A stretch of DNA of 63,991 nucleotides, the filler included, from Stramenopiles sp. TOSAG23-2 (lineage: Eukaryota): the NCBI GenBank assembly GCA_900128395.1. It is 3 parts of 3 records of this genome, joined end to end, with 100 filler letters (N's around TTAATTAATTAA, not from the genome) between each part and the next. Parts side by side here need not be neighbours in the genome. Positions count along the whole stretch, not along the records: positions 1 to 21,914 come from LT649523.1; positions 22,015 to 43,919 come from LT649524.1; 1 more part is not named here. One strand, 5' to 3'. The position numbers were made by a program, and so were the translations under genes. Of the stretch, positions 12,001 through 22,765 are shown piece after piece (the stretch's first letter is position 1; every line of letters begins with the position of its first letter). The notes beneath the pieces are model-generated. The model had not been told where the DNA came from and ran no database searches. It saw nothing but the letters and a program-made list of their open reading frames with translations.

Positions 12001-14606
12001 GTGTACTGTTGTCTATAAATAATTTTCATTTTTTGATCCTTGTAGCACATCACATGGTTGTTGATTGGGTATCATGGTACTTTGTGAAGGATAGTTTTTT
12101 AGAATATTTAAACTTGGTTTTAAATGACAAAGAACTTCCTTTATCCATCGAAGATGAAATTGATGAAATAGAATCAGACAATAATAATTATGCAACGTAT
12201 TGCAATATTATAAATAGTGATTACATTGTGGAAAAAGCGTTAAAGAATGCATGGCATTGGAAAACAGCAATAAATGCTGGTGTAGTGAATAATAATAATA
12301 TTATCTCTAGAATGAAAAATAAATGTTACAGTGGACAAGGGGTTGATTTCAAACCAGCGCGCTGCAAATTAACGCTTCCATTGCGAGAAACAAACTGGAT
12401 CTACAAATATTTAGAGAGAAACACGGAAAACAAGTTGAACAGTATGATGACGATAGAAAATTTGATTATAGTGGCAATGTATATTGTCGAGATAAAGGAG
12501 AAAAATGTTAGCTCTAATTCGAACACATCCAAGTCTAGTAACAATGGTTTATACCTCATGTTAGAGCATAATGGTCGAAAAAGCAAAGTCAAAGGTATTG
12601 ATACCAGTGGTGTTATTGGTTGGTTTACCACACGTTATCCGATATTTATGGGTACCGATGATGAACTAGTTAACGGCCAAGTCACATTAAAAGTAATTGA
12701 GAAAACATTGGAGATATTGAAATCATGCAAGTCAAAAACTCCGTTGGCAGAAATGGAATACAGCATTTTGGCAGATTATAGTAACGAAATGGACAGTGCA
12801 AGATCGTTAGGGGTGAGGGGGAAAGAACCTTTGGTCACTTTGAATTATTTAGGTAATGTTGATTCAGATATGAATTTGGACGTATCCACTGGTATCGATC
12901 TTGTATTTGATCGCGGAAGCCAAAAATGCATGGATTTTCTGGCATGGTCCGTTGTGGGCGGCCCTTTGACGTTTGAAGTACTTTATAGCAATAACTTTTA
13001 CGACAGCGAATCGATTAAAAACTCTTTTAGCGATTTTATCAACACACTAAGTACCATGTGTCGCTTATTAGTGAATGTACCGGACAGTGTAGCCACATTT
13101 CAAGATCCATTATTCAGGGAATCAAAGGTTGAATATATTATGCCTACATCACCACTGCAACACAAGTGGTTATTGCAATCTCATTTTGACTCGGTTTATA
13201 TAAAGGAGAACATAAAGTTACATCATTTACAAAACATTTATGAATTAAAGGCTGCCGATACGCCAAGTGTTGTTTTAGATAATTTGAAATCTGGATGGTA
13301 CGAAGCAACAAAAATATTTCCAATACTTCGCACACATGCAGTTATACACCCAACCAATCCAGGGATGTCAATTTTACGTATTTTAAAAGCTGAATATTTT
13401 TCAATATTTTCAAAATGGACTTTATTGGTTGATGGCAACACAAGTTTGAAGGATGTTCTGAATCAACAAAGGCAGGAGCAGTTTACAATCGACAAAGGGC
13501 CTCCATGGCGGTTTACGCTTGTGAAAGATATAAAGTCAGCAAAACTTTACCTAATTATTGAAATGCACCACGCACTACTAGATGCGGCTATGCGAAGAAT
13601 TATTTGGCCAACGGTACTACGTCACATGAAAGTTCCATGGGAAACCGAAAACATATTCTCTAAAAGTGTTACAGGAGACCAATCATTGGTTCATCTTACT
13701 TGTATAAATATAGAGAGGAAAACTGATAAATTGAAAGAAATCGAACGCTATGTTAATTCCGTTGAAACCACATTATTGGAAAGTAGCAACAGTTGCATTG
13801 TTAGAATGAGCAACTTCTTGCGAATGCCGGAGGGCCTAAGCAATAGAGTTCATTTTGTAGAAAAAGATGGAGCATCTCATGCATCTTTTATTGTGGAAAG
13901 TAAAGTTATTGAAAAATTAAAAGCATTTGCACGAACTTCGAAAGTATCTATGAGTGATGTTTTTCACGGTATCTATGGTGCTACACTTTTAAGACTTGGG
14001 ATAACAACAGGAATGTCTGAAGGTTCACCAAGATTGAGAATTGGTGCACGTAGACGAGGATTGACTGTCGAAGAATTTGATAAAATACTTGAAACAAAAT
14101 TTCGAGTTACTGGATTTTGCACTTACGTCTCATGTAGGCACAATAATTCCCTTCAAGAAAGTTCAAAAATGGCGTGGCCGTTAATATCAAATTGCCCGGT
14201 ACTTGTTGGTGCAATGGAAGAGGAAACATCTTTGATTGATATATGTAAAAGTATTTGTAATCAACGCCATGCCAGGAGACAATATGAATTCAATATGCAC
14301 CCAGGCATGTCCAGTATACTAGAGACACTTGGTAGGGATTCATGCGCAATGGTATACAATGAAAACGAAACTTCACTGTTAAGTGAAAGGGAAACAATAA
14401 GTATTAACAATTCAAATGGAGACAGTCCATTTTTTGAGATGAAACTGGTCGATTCGATTGAACCTGTTTCATATAGATTCTTGTTGAATATAAATCTATG
14501 TAAAGATTGTTGTGAAATTGCGGTACAATATAATAAAAACAACGACAAATGTGGAAGTGCAATGATTATAAAAGAAATTTACGAAATCTTATGCAATGAT
14601 TTATAA
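2..14606 (+). CDS. Multimodular NRPS, 5'-incomplete: carnitine/choline O-acyltransferase-T-C-A-T-C-A-T-C-A-T-E-C. Exons 2..1178 and 1291..14606, >4830 aa
   Basis: The frame is open from nt 2 and contains acyltransferase motifs PDAFVQICLQLAFYR, TYETGSTRQFFHGRTETIRS, GIDRHLL, LSTSN and GYGCAY. Four carrier-domain serines: GGDS (932), GGDS (4485), GGTS (7836), GGNS (11361). C-domain cores: HHAIFD (1707), HHAIFDG (5106), HHAIVD (8487), HHALLD (13566). Three A-domain TSGSTGxPK motifs at about 3273, 6570 and 10059. E-domain motifs PIQRWF, HHMVVDWVSW (12048), GWFTTRYP and NYLG. Splicing the 1179-1290 intron joins the 353-aa and 4380-aa ORFs in frame. Confidence 0.93.
1179..1290 (+). other. Spliceosomal intron (112 nt, phase 1) inside the first condensation domain of the NRPS
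   Basis: Donor CAAG|GTAAGC, branch point TGACTAAC at 1265-1272, acceptor TTTACTAG|AT. Splicing joins the C1 motif APLSHTARDIAW to the C2-like motif LIKRFPALRST and continues into the 4380-aa frame. Confidence 0.9.
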
Positions 14607-15632
14607 AATGGGGATTTCGAAGGGGATTGAATTCTTTACAACTTTTTTATTTAAAAAAAATACGAGTATAAATTTGAAAGAGGATGATTATAGATTAATT
14701 ACGGTAAATATATATCTTTACGTGTAATCGCAGTTCTGATGCTCCAGATACTAATCAAAAGACCACCACTGGCAAGTCATCACCTGGCATTAATATTGAA
14801 TTCGCCGATTACTGACTCTGATGCGAGTCATATTCATTGCACTTTAAACTGTATATGCAAGAAGGATCATGATATACTCTACCACGGCACGATGTATCAC
14901 ACACCTTTGAACAATACATGGTTTTCAATTGATGCATATAATGCGTTAATTGCATCTATTTACCTCCACCAATGTTTTTATATCTTAAAAATATTGGCAC
15001 ACTCTGTGGATTTCAATGAACTCTATCGCAATGTTACGATTCATTGTCCATCTTTCAGTTTAGTGAGATAGATTTGTCTCAGTTATTGTATTCTTTCTGG
15101 AGAGTAGGAATTATCATGAGTAAATTAAAAAATAAGTTATGCATTAATTAAATTATATATCTTTACTACCAACCAGACTTTAATTCTCCTTTTTTATTCA
15201 AGATATACTACGTCGTATATATCACGCACCCTCTTTCTTCCCCTGAACTGTCACCAACCACCAACCTACACAAACATATGATCATGTAATGCGCATTTTT
15301 CATCAAGATGGAAGGTTGATACCATCTATTTTATATGATACCTCATCGGTAATTCCTGTAGACGTATGGGATTTATTGTCACTCATTGTGAGATAGATAT
15401 TAATAACATTGATGTTTAAAATAGATATTAATATTGGTTCAGTCACTGTATTCTTTTGAGAGTAAGAATTGTCAATGATGGGTAGAAATAAAAAATTAAA
15501 ATACAAAATACGCGGTACTCGTACATTATTTTTATACTTCGTATTATATATAAATTATACGACCCCTCGTATTTAAATATACGCATTTAATTAGAATTCT
15601 TCTTTTCTTTCTCTCTCTCCCTGCTACTTTCT

Positions 15633-18600
15633 TTATACACTTTGTTGTACGGCATGCATCGTTTTGTATCTTCCATTTTCACGAGTCATCAATTCCTTAT
15701 GATTTCCACGTTCCATAATTTCGCCTTGATGCATCACAATGATTTCATTATAGTTTGCAATTGTACTTAATCGATGAGCAACTGCAATTGTTATACAAGA
15801 CTTTCCTAATCGATTAAATGCTTCGACAATAATCCTTTCCCCTTTAGGATCCAATGCCGACGTTGCTTCGTCCAACAAAAGAAGTTTTGGTTTTGTTAAA
15901 AACAGACGAGCAATAGCAATCCTTTGCTGTTGCCCACCAGATAATTTACTACCCTTTTTACCTACCGCTTTCGAATCATCTATACCAATTAATGTGCCAT
16001 TCGGCTTACCCGTTGGAAGCGTAAAGTCCAAGTTTACAAAATCACTTGCATTTGACATATTAATAGAATGTTTAAATTTTTCTTCCGAAACTAAACGCTT
16101 ACGACCACCCCAGAAGAAGTCGCCGTCTTCAATTCCATATGTAACATTTTCGTATATCGATCTAGAAAAAATAACTGGTTTTTGCGTTACGCAGCCAACA
16201 GATTTGTAGTACTCATCTAATGGCAATGTACTAATATCCTTCCCGTTGATCATTATTTTACCACGATTCAACTCATAATTTGTCTTTGTCTTTAGCTCAT
16301 ATTGACGCAAAAGCAAACATAGAATTGTACTTTTCCCAGAACCAGACGCGCCAATGAGAGCGATTTTCTCTCCAGTGACAGCAGAGAAAGTAACGCCTTT
16401 TAGTACTTGTCGGGTTGATTTTGGATATGAAAAGAAGACATTTTTACATTCAATTTTAGTATCATCACTTTTTCCATTTTTTTTTTCTTCTTCATCATCA
16501 ACAGCAATACTACTACGCTTAACTGCAATTGTCTTTAATTGATATTTTATTTGTTTCTTATTACATAAAACATTGTATACTCGACACGCTATTCGTTCAA
16601 CTGATATAATTTTCGGCCCTGTATCAGCCATTAAAATAAAATTATTACATATAACCTGTTTTGTGTGCAATATTATGTCGAATATTTGTATACTATGTTA
16701 GCATATATTTCGCATTATAAAAATAAATAAAGATAGTAGATGAAGAGAAACATACGAACGAAGCAAATGCATATACTGTTAATTGACCAGGCTTCAATTC
16801 GCCTATACTTTCAACATACCCTGCATATGCCATTCCTACACATGCAGTTGCCATCATAACATGTATTTGCATTGAAGTACAAAATGTAGAAATTAGAGCC
16901 ATCATGTTTCCAATATTTACATGTTTGCGTATAACTTCCATAGATTTTTTTTTTTCGTCTTCTTGTCGTCGAAATAAAAAGACTGTTTCCAGGAAGTCAA
17001 TTATCTCGCCAGTGTATGAACCAAGTTCATCTTGCACAGCGTTATATTTTACAGTGTATGTCTGCAATAATTTAAATTGGATACGATTCCACACCAACGT
17101 AACTGAAACTAAGAATAGAAGCATTATACTAAGTCTTACATTGATCATAAAGACTAACACCAAACCGGAGATCACTTCTGTCAGTGGGGTAAATGAATTT
17201 GTTATTTCTTGTAGCCCTGGCCTTGTTACCAATTCACATTCTTCAGTAATACATCTCCGCATTTTCGCTGTGTCCGTCTCTTCTAACTCTTGTAAAGTCG
17301 AATTCAGATAAGAATTAAAAATTTTGGTCCTTAACTCGAAAGAGTACAAAACTAAACCTCTCCCGAACATCGCCTTTTCAGTAAACATGCACAATCCTTT
17401 CATAGCAATAAAACCAATATAAATAAGGGCGTTTTCAAGTTGGCCCCCTTTACCTGTAAAGTCTGTTCCTTGTACATTTCCGTTAACTAATTTCGATAAA
17501 TAACTCAATGAAATTATTTGTATAACACCTTCAAGAATTGAAAATAATACACCTACAAACATATACTTGTAAAATCCAAATGAATGTTGGGGTACAACAT
17601 TTCCAAAAAAAGATGGCCATTTCTCAATCTGCACCTCCATATTGCCGCTGGTTTCTGAGGATAATGTAGATTCATTAATAAGACAAAACACTTCTTCTAA
17701 CGTGTTTTCATCAAATTCAAAATTTCCAACCTGCATATTAAACAAGGGCGTCCATAACCATAAAATGATTAAAAAATTCACTGTGACCAAAGCAGCAGTA
17801 ATCCATGGATAAGTATTTTTTTCTTCCATCCCAACAAATGCAAATAATTTTGAAACATTAAACCCAAAACGTATCAAGTAAAACAGACGAACAAAACCTG
17901 GCACTCGCCTGCTAGTAGAGGTCGATATTTCGATAACTAAAATTGAAGATATAATGCAAGGGGCCATCAACCAATTTAGCTCACTGCATCTTTCACAACC
18001 CTGGAATTCCACAACAGTACTTGCAATGATCAAAAGCGTAAGATCAACCGTTAACAAAATAAATTTTAATATTTTATGACATGTTTTATTTTTATAATTG
18101 CAAGCAGTATTTACATCGCTACTATCATATATATTATCAAAATGTATTGTTAAATGCTTTTTAACATCAAGCGTCGATGGCAAAAAATACAAGCGTCTGC
18201 CCGTAATAACCAACCAAAATAATACAAATATCAACAGTGTTATTTGGTTGCCTGCTGAAAAATACGCCATTGAATCCAATGCGTGTTTCCTTTCAAATAG
18301 CGATGATATCCCCCCACCGGGGTTGTGAACGATATCAACTACGAGTCCTATCAAAATAGTCATCGCAAGAAATGATATCAGTGGCTTCAAAGTTTTTGTA
18401 GTAATTTTTTTGTGTGTATTCTGTTCATGCGCAATTTTGATATGTTTCATCACTGCATCTGATAAAATTGGTGTCAAACTTGAATCATAGCCAAAGTGCA
18501 CGCCATCAAGGGGTGCATTTATCCTGCTACTATGACCGCTAGTTCTCCTCCTCCCGTCAATATTGTCTTCACGATCATTAGCCCCAAGAGTAGATGGGAA

Positions 18601-18684
18601 AACCCTTGATTCTTGCGATTCCCTGCTGAATGACGACAACAACGGTATGCTTATAGAGTCGAACCTGCTTGAACGAAAAGACAT
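15633..18684 (-). CDS. ABCB-type half ABC transporter (N-terminal extra TM region + TMD + NBD). Exons 18684..16756 and 16655..15633, about 983 aa
   Basis: Walker A GASGSGKST, Q-loop VTQKPVIF, signature LSGGQQQRIAIAR, Walker B LLLDEATSALD and H-switch VAHRLSTI. The upstream ORF supplies the TM helices. The 100-nt intron 16755..16656 (GTATGT...GCTAAC...AACAG) is phase 0 and fuses the two ORFs in frame (YAFASF|VICNNF). Confidence 0.9.
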
Positions 18685-18865
18685 TTCACTACTATGCGTG
18701 CCTCAACAACTACGTCTACCATGACTATAGTCCTTTTTATTTCAATTAAATATTAGTCTATCTAGATCTATTAATATGTGTGTGTAGTAGTATATAGTAG
18801 TATTTAGTAATTATAAATCGACGAAAAAGTAGAGAGGATCCCCTCGACGAAAAAGCAGCCACTCG

Positions 18866-19037
18866 TACATAAGGAAAAATATCTGAAATCCGTCATACTT
18901 TTTTTTATATATATTAAGTATATATATTTGTACACTAATAGTTCTACCAAATAAAATAGGAATACTAGTATACAAATATACATACTTAATATATTTTTAA
19001 AAAAGTATTACGGATTCCAGAAATTTTTCCTTATGTA
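18866..19037. mobile_element. MITE-like foldback element (about 80-bp imperfect inverted arms) flanked by TA
   Basis: TA|CATAAGGAAAAATATCTGAAATCCGTCATAC... pairs with ...GTATTACGGATTCCAGAAATTTTTCCTTATG|TA. The arms are complementary along almost their whole length, and the flanking TA fits a Tc1/mariner-type target duplication. Confidence 0.65.
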
Positions 19038-19391
19038 AGAACTGTGAGCAGCATCATCAGCATGTTTTCTTCTTCGATCGACACCAAATTATTAAATCCA
19101 AATTACTGTGGGATGACGGTAAATATGGTCATTCAATATTAATATTTATCGCTTGCAAAAGCTTCACAATTCCAAATTTACGGGAAAAACCAGATTTGAA
19201 TAAATAAATCTATATATTACTTATTTTTTAATTTTATTTTGTTTTAATAATCCTGTGCTCTGCACATTTCAAGAGAATCGGTGTCGCATATAGTTTAAGT
19301 TTTGGAGAACATTATATCTGTAAAAGTAAAGCCTGGAAAGGTGATTGGTTTTTGTATTTACGTAATTGATACACATTCAACTCAACTAACA

Positions 19392-21053
19392 ATGGGAAAA
19401 GAACCGGATGAGGAGGAAATAGTAAAGTTTAGTTGGAGCACGGCGAAACCATGCATAGGTGTAATTGTGTATTTCTTCGTTGCTAACGTTGTGTACAGTG
19501 TAATCTTGGCCTGTGCGTTAACGTTACGAGTATTGTATGCAGCAAAAAGTAGTAATTGCTTGGACAAAGGCGCGGCAAATGATACATGGATGTCAAATAC
19601 TTCCTGGCCTTTCTCGATCATGCTTCTATGGGCTCCTTTTTTAGATGGGTACTCTTTATTTGGGTGGAAAAAGTACCATCGCCGTTGTTACATGTGCGTA
19701 TCTATGATTGTGATATCAATTTTGTTGGTGGTATTGTCTATATTGTACAAGTCCGCTTTATCAATAGATGGAAAATGCCCGAACGGAGCATTGACATTTT
19801 CCATAGTTTTGCCTTTATATTTTGTTAGTACAGTTTTTATGATCAATCTTCAAGGTTATGGAATACTTATGTTGCAAGGACCGAATATCTTTCTTGTAGC
19901 AATTATACAAACGGCAGGGAACATTATTGGTAACTCTGCCGGTCAAGCTGGTATTATATTTTTTCGGCAATATATCGAAATCAGTGTTATTTTCCTTTTC
20001 TTAGCAGGTTGTGCATTGGTACTAGCATTTATTGCTGCAACGCAATTGGAGGAAAAAATTCCGGAGGATAAGGAATTGCAATCCCCAATAGAATCTTACA
20101 AGCAATTACTTTTAATGATATTAAATAAAAGGGTGCTTGTTCTGCTCTTGCTTATTTTCACTTTCAATTGTGGAACTGGTGGTATTATCGGCAACACAAT
20201 CGCGTTGAATAATAGAGGAATATCGCCTACAAACCAAGGGTTGAACCCTTTGGTAACGTTTATACCAAGTATTTTATCGGTTTACATAAGTGGGGTTGTT
20301 GCCTCTAAATCTAAACCACTTCAAAAATTTACATATTTATTTCCATTTTATATTGTAGGGATGATGGCATATTTTTCGATGAGATTTCTTGCCCCGTATG
20401 TACAAGGGAGTAAATGTGATGTTCATGGGCATGTATGTAAGTCACGGCATGATTGGGTTGTAACAATGTATTACGTAGTCGATTGTATACAGATTTTGTT
20501 TGGGCGCCCTGCAGTAACATTGGTGTTTACCCATGCAAACCAAGTTACTCCGACCTCAATGGCAGGGACATTTTCCTCTGCTGTTCAAGCAGCTTATTCT
20601 ACAGGGACAACTGCACCAGCTGCGGTGGCAAATCAACTTTTTATAGCTGCAATGAATAAAAATATCCAATGCAATGCTAATTCGGATTATTATGGTCCTG
20701 AGGTGTTTACAAATTCAACGACAGGCGAAACGACCCGTTTTTGCGGCACGTTTTCTTGCAAATCAAATATTATCAACAACACTGTACTGAGAAAAAAAGA
20801 AACCGGGTTTTGCAACCCGTTGGGCGATGGTTATAATATTGTTTCAATGATAACGCTTCTTCTTTGTGTATTGTTTTGGATTATATATACATTTTTGTGC
20901 AAAAAATTTTTGGATGTAGAGAAGGAAAAATATGATCCTAAAAACGGAAATGAATCGCTTTTGGGGGCTAAAAAAGCGTCAGATGTAGTAGAACCAAGAT
21001 ATTCTTCATTGGACGATGGAGATGATGACTCCGGGTCATATCATGCTATATAA
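19392..21053 (+). CDS. MFS permease of the acetyl-CoA transporter AT-1 (SLC33A1)/AmpG-like family
   Basis: About 12 hydrophobic helices. SWPFSIMLLWAPFLDG matches the family motif SWPFSLKLLWAPxxD; AGTFSS lies in the late TM region. The first ATG is at 19392 (the ORF track starts at an upstream TTG). Confidence 0.8.
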   Translation: MGKEPDEEEIVKFSWSTAKPCIGVIVYFFVANVVYSVILACALTLRVLYAAKSSNCLDKGAANDTWMSNTSWPFSIMLLWAPFLDGYSLFGWKKYHRRCYMCVSMIVISILLVVLSILYKSALSIDGKCPNGALTFSIVLPLYFVSTVFMINLQGYGILMLQGPNIFLVAIIQTAGNIIGNSAGQAGIIFFRQYIEISVIFLFLAGCALVLAFIAATQLEEKIPEDKELQSPIESYKQLLLMILNKRVLVLLLLIFTFNCGTGGIIGNTIALNNRGISPTNQGLNPLVTFIPSILSVYISGVVASKSKPLQKFTYLFPFYIVGMMAYFSMRFLAPYVQGSKCDVHGHVCKSRHDWVVTMYYVVDCIQILFGRPAVTLVFTHANQVTPTSMAGTFSSAVQAAYSTGTTAPAAVANQLFIAAMNKNIQCNANSDYYGPEVFTNSTTGETTRFCGTFSCKSNIINNTVLRKKETGFCNPLGDGYNIVSMITLLLCVLFWIIYTFLCKKFLDVEKEKYDPKNGNESLLGAKKASDVVEPRYSSLDDGDDDSGSYHAI

Positions 21054-21212
21054 CTCTCACAAGCTACTTTAGGAAATATTAATACTCCTCAACCCTCAGG
21101 TTTTTTTAATTATAAATTATCTGAAAAATGGAAAAGTTGGAATGAATGTAAGGATCTTGAAACCGAAAAAGCACAACAAAAATATATTGATATTGTGAAT
21201 AGTTTTATTTAA
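21054..21212 (+). pseudogene. Acyl-CoA-binding protein (ACBP) C-terminal fragment, in frame behind the MFS stop codon
   Basis: Translates as LSQATLGNINTPQPSGFFNYKLSEKWKSWNECKDLETEKAQQKYIDIVNSFI*, matching the ACBP pattern KQATxGxxNxxxPGxFxxxxxxKWxxWxxxKxxxxExAxxxYIxxV. It has no ATG and lacks the N-terminal helix. It is too short for the ORF track. Confidence 0.75.
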
Positions 21213-21253
21213 TAAAAAAAAATATAGATAAAAAAGGTTATATTTTTTTTTAT
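21212..21253. terminator. Perfect 15-bp AT-rich hairpin between two convergent stop codons
   Basis: ATAAAAAAAAATATA (21212-21226), a 12-nt loop, then TATATTTTTTTTTAT (21239-21253). It touches the stop codons of both flanking fragments. Confidence 0.5.
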
Positions 21254-21384
21254 AAGTAATGTTTTCTACCTCCTTTTAAGACGTATTTGCCACCACGTGG
21301 GCCCTTATATACTTTTTGTGATTTCTTTTTAGATGGTGATTTCTTCTTTCTATTTCCACCTTTCTGGATCTTGAGCAAAAATTT
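21250..21384 (-). pseudogene. Lys-rich fragment ending in a GPRGG basic domain (PBCV basic adaptor-like)
   Basis: Translates as KFLLKIQKGGNRKKKSPSKKKSQKVYKGPRGGKYVLKGGRKHYL*. It has no start codon and is bounded upstream by an in-frame TAG at 21385-21387. Confidence 0.6.
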
Positions 21385-21914
21385 CTAACATTTTCGTTCG
21401 GTCCATTGCATTGAAGGATTAAAAACAAATAATACATTAACGACATTGGGCCTAGATAATAATAATATTACTGATTTTATATGCTACATCTAACGGGGTA
21501 TCACCAATTGTATTCACAAATCGTATCTCCATAATCTAATTGATTATCGGCATGGAAGGGACGATAATAGCAGTATATGGATTGTAAATTAATTAATATA
21601 TATATTTATATACTACCAACTACAATACCCCTATCCATTTATGTTACCGATCTCTTCAATCTCAATCTAAATCATCCTCCTCGTAAATCAGACATGAAAT
21701 ATGAAATTCCACTTTCAAGTATAAATTATGTAAGTCATTTGATAGGCAGAATCGAAAAATGTCCAATGTCCGGCGCATATACATGATTGAAAAATGAATG
21801 AAAATCTACTAAAATGTGTTATTTAAATAAAATAATATTGAAGCAAGCTGACAACTGACGACTACGGGGAAAAGAAGAAGATTACAGAGATATTCTTCGT
21901 TGTGACATACAGTT

Positions 21915-22014
21915 NNNNNNNNNNNNNNNNNNNNNNNNNNNNNNNNNNNNNNNNNNNNTTAATTAATTAANNNNNNNNNNNNNNNNNNNNNNNNNNNNNN
22001 NNNNNNNNNNNNNN
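21915..22014. other. Artificial contig-joining spacer
   Basis: 44 N + TTAATTAATTAA (stops in all six frames) + 44 N. Confidence 0.97.
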
Positions 22015-22016
22015 AG

Positions 22017-22316
22017 AAAGATCGTGAAAATATATTTAATGATCATATTGAGAAATTAATAAAGGATCGCGATGAACAGAAAGATAGTAGAAATAATAGT
22101 AATACAACTAATACGAACAACAGGTTTTCAAATCCAGTAGTAAGTGGGGATAAAAATGATGATCAAGGCGGTACAAAAGTCAATGAAGAAGTATTAGGAA
22201 TGATGGAAGAGACAGATGATGAAGGACATTTATTATCAATGGGCTCAGGCGATGAAATAGATAATGGTTTGAGTGATAGTGAAAGAAGTGGAATTGATAG
22301 TGATGCACCACATTGA
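22017..22316 (+). CDS. 3' end of a gene cut by the contig edge; possible FF-domain remnant followed by an acidic tail
   Basis: Open frame KDRENIFNDHIEKLIK...SDSERSGIDSDAPH*. DRENIFNDHIEKL resembles the last helix of an FF domain. Confidence 0.35.
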   Translation, partial: KDRENIFNDHIEKLIKDRDEQKDSRNNSNTTNTNNRFSNPVVSGDKNDDQGGTKVNEEVLGMMEETDDEGHLLSMGSGDEIDNGLSDSERSGIDSDAPH

Positions 22317-22765
22317 GAAAAGAAAAAAAGATTTGTGTCAGCGCAGACAAACACTGGTGGTGATTGATCTTATCATTAAATACACAATATATAATACACA
22401 ATATATTCAAATTTATTTTTTTATTTTATTATTGTTGTATGAATATATATATTTTTTAGAAAAATATTCACATACAAACTGTTGTGTATTTTTTAGTCTT
22501 TTTTTTAAAATATAATACCACTCTCTCAACTTTTTTTTGTGTTTTTAATTTTTATTTTTCATTATTATTTAATTTTTATTTTTCATTTTTATATATAATA
22601 TTTTTTTATTATAAAAATATTTTGTTTATTTGTACATTATTTTACATTATGTATACTTTATATATATGTATATATATATGGAGAGAGAGAGAGAGAGAGA
22701 GAGAAGGAAAGAATGGCTTTGATCGAAGAGACCGAATCATACGTGGTAAAGAGAATGGACGGTTA

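Noticed and set aside
14720-15506. ORFs 14739..15071 and 15303..15506, and coding-looking minus-strand sequence between the NRPS and the ABC gene
   Set aside because: There are multiple stops and no recognisable motif. It may be a decayed gene, but no call can be supported.
21915-22014. TTAATTAATTAA palindrome within N runs (also at 43920-44019) as a biological motif
   Set aside because: It is an identical six-frame-stop linker used to concatenate contigs.
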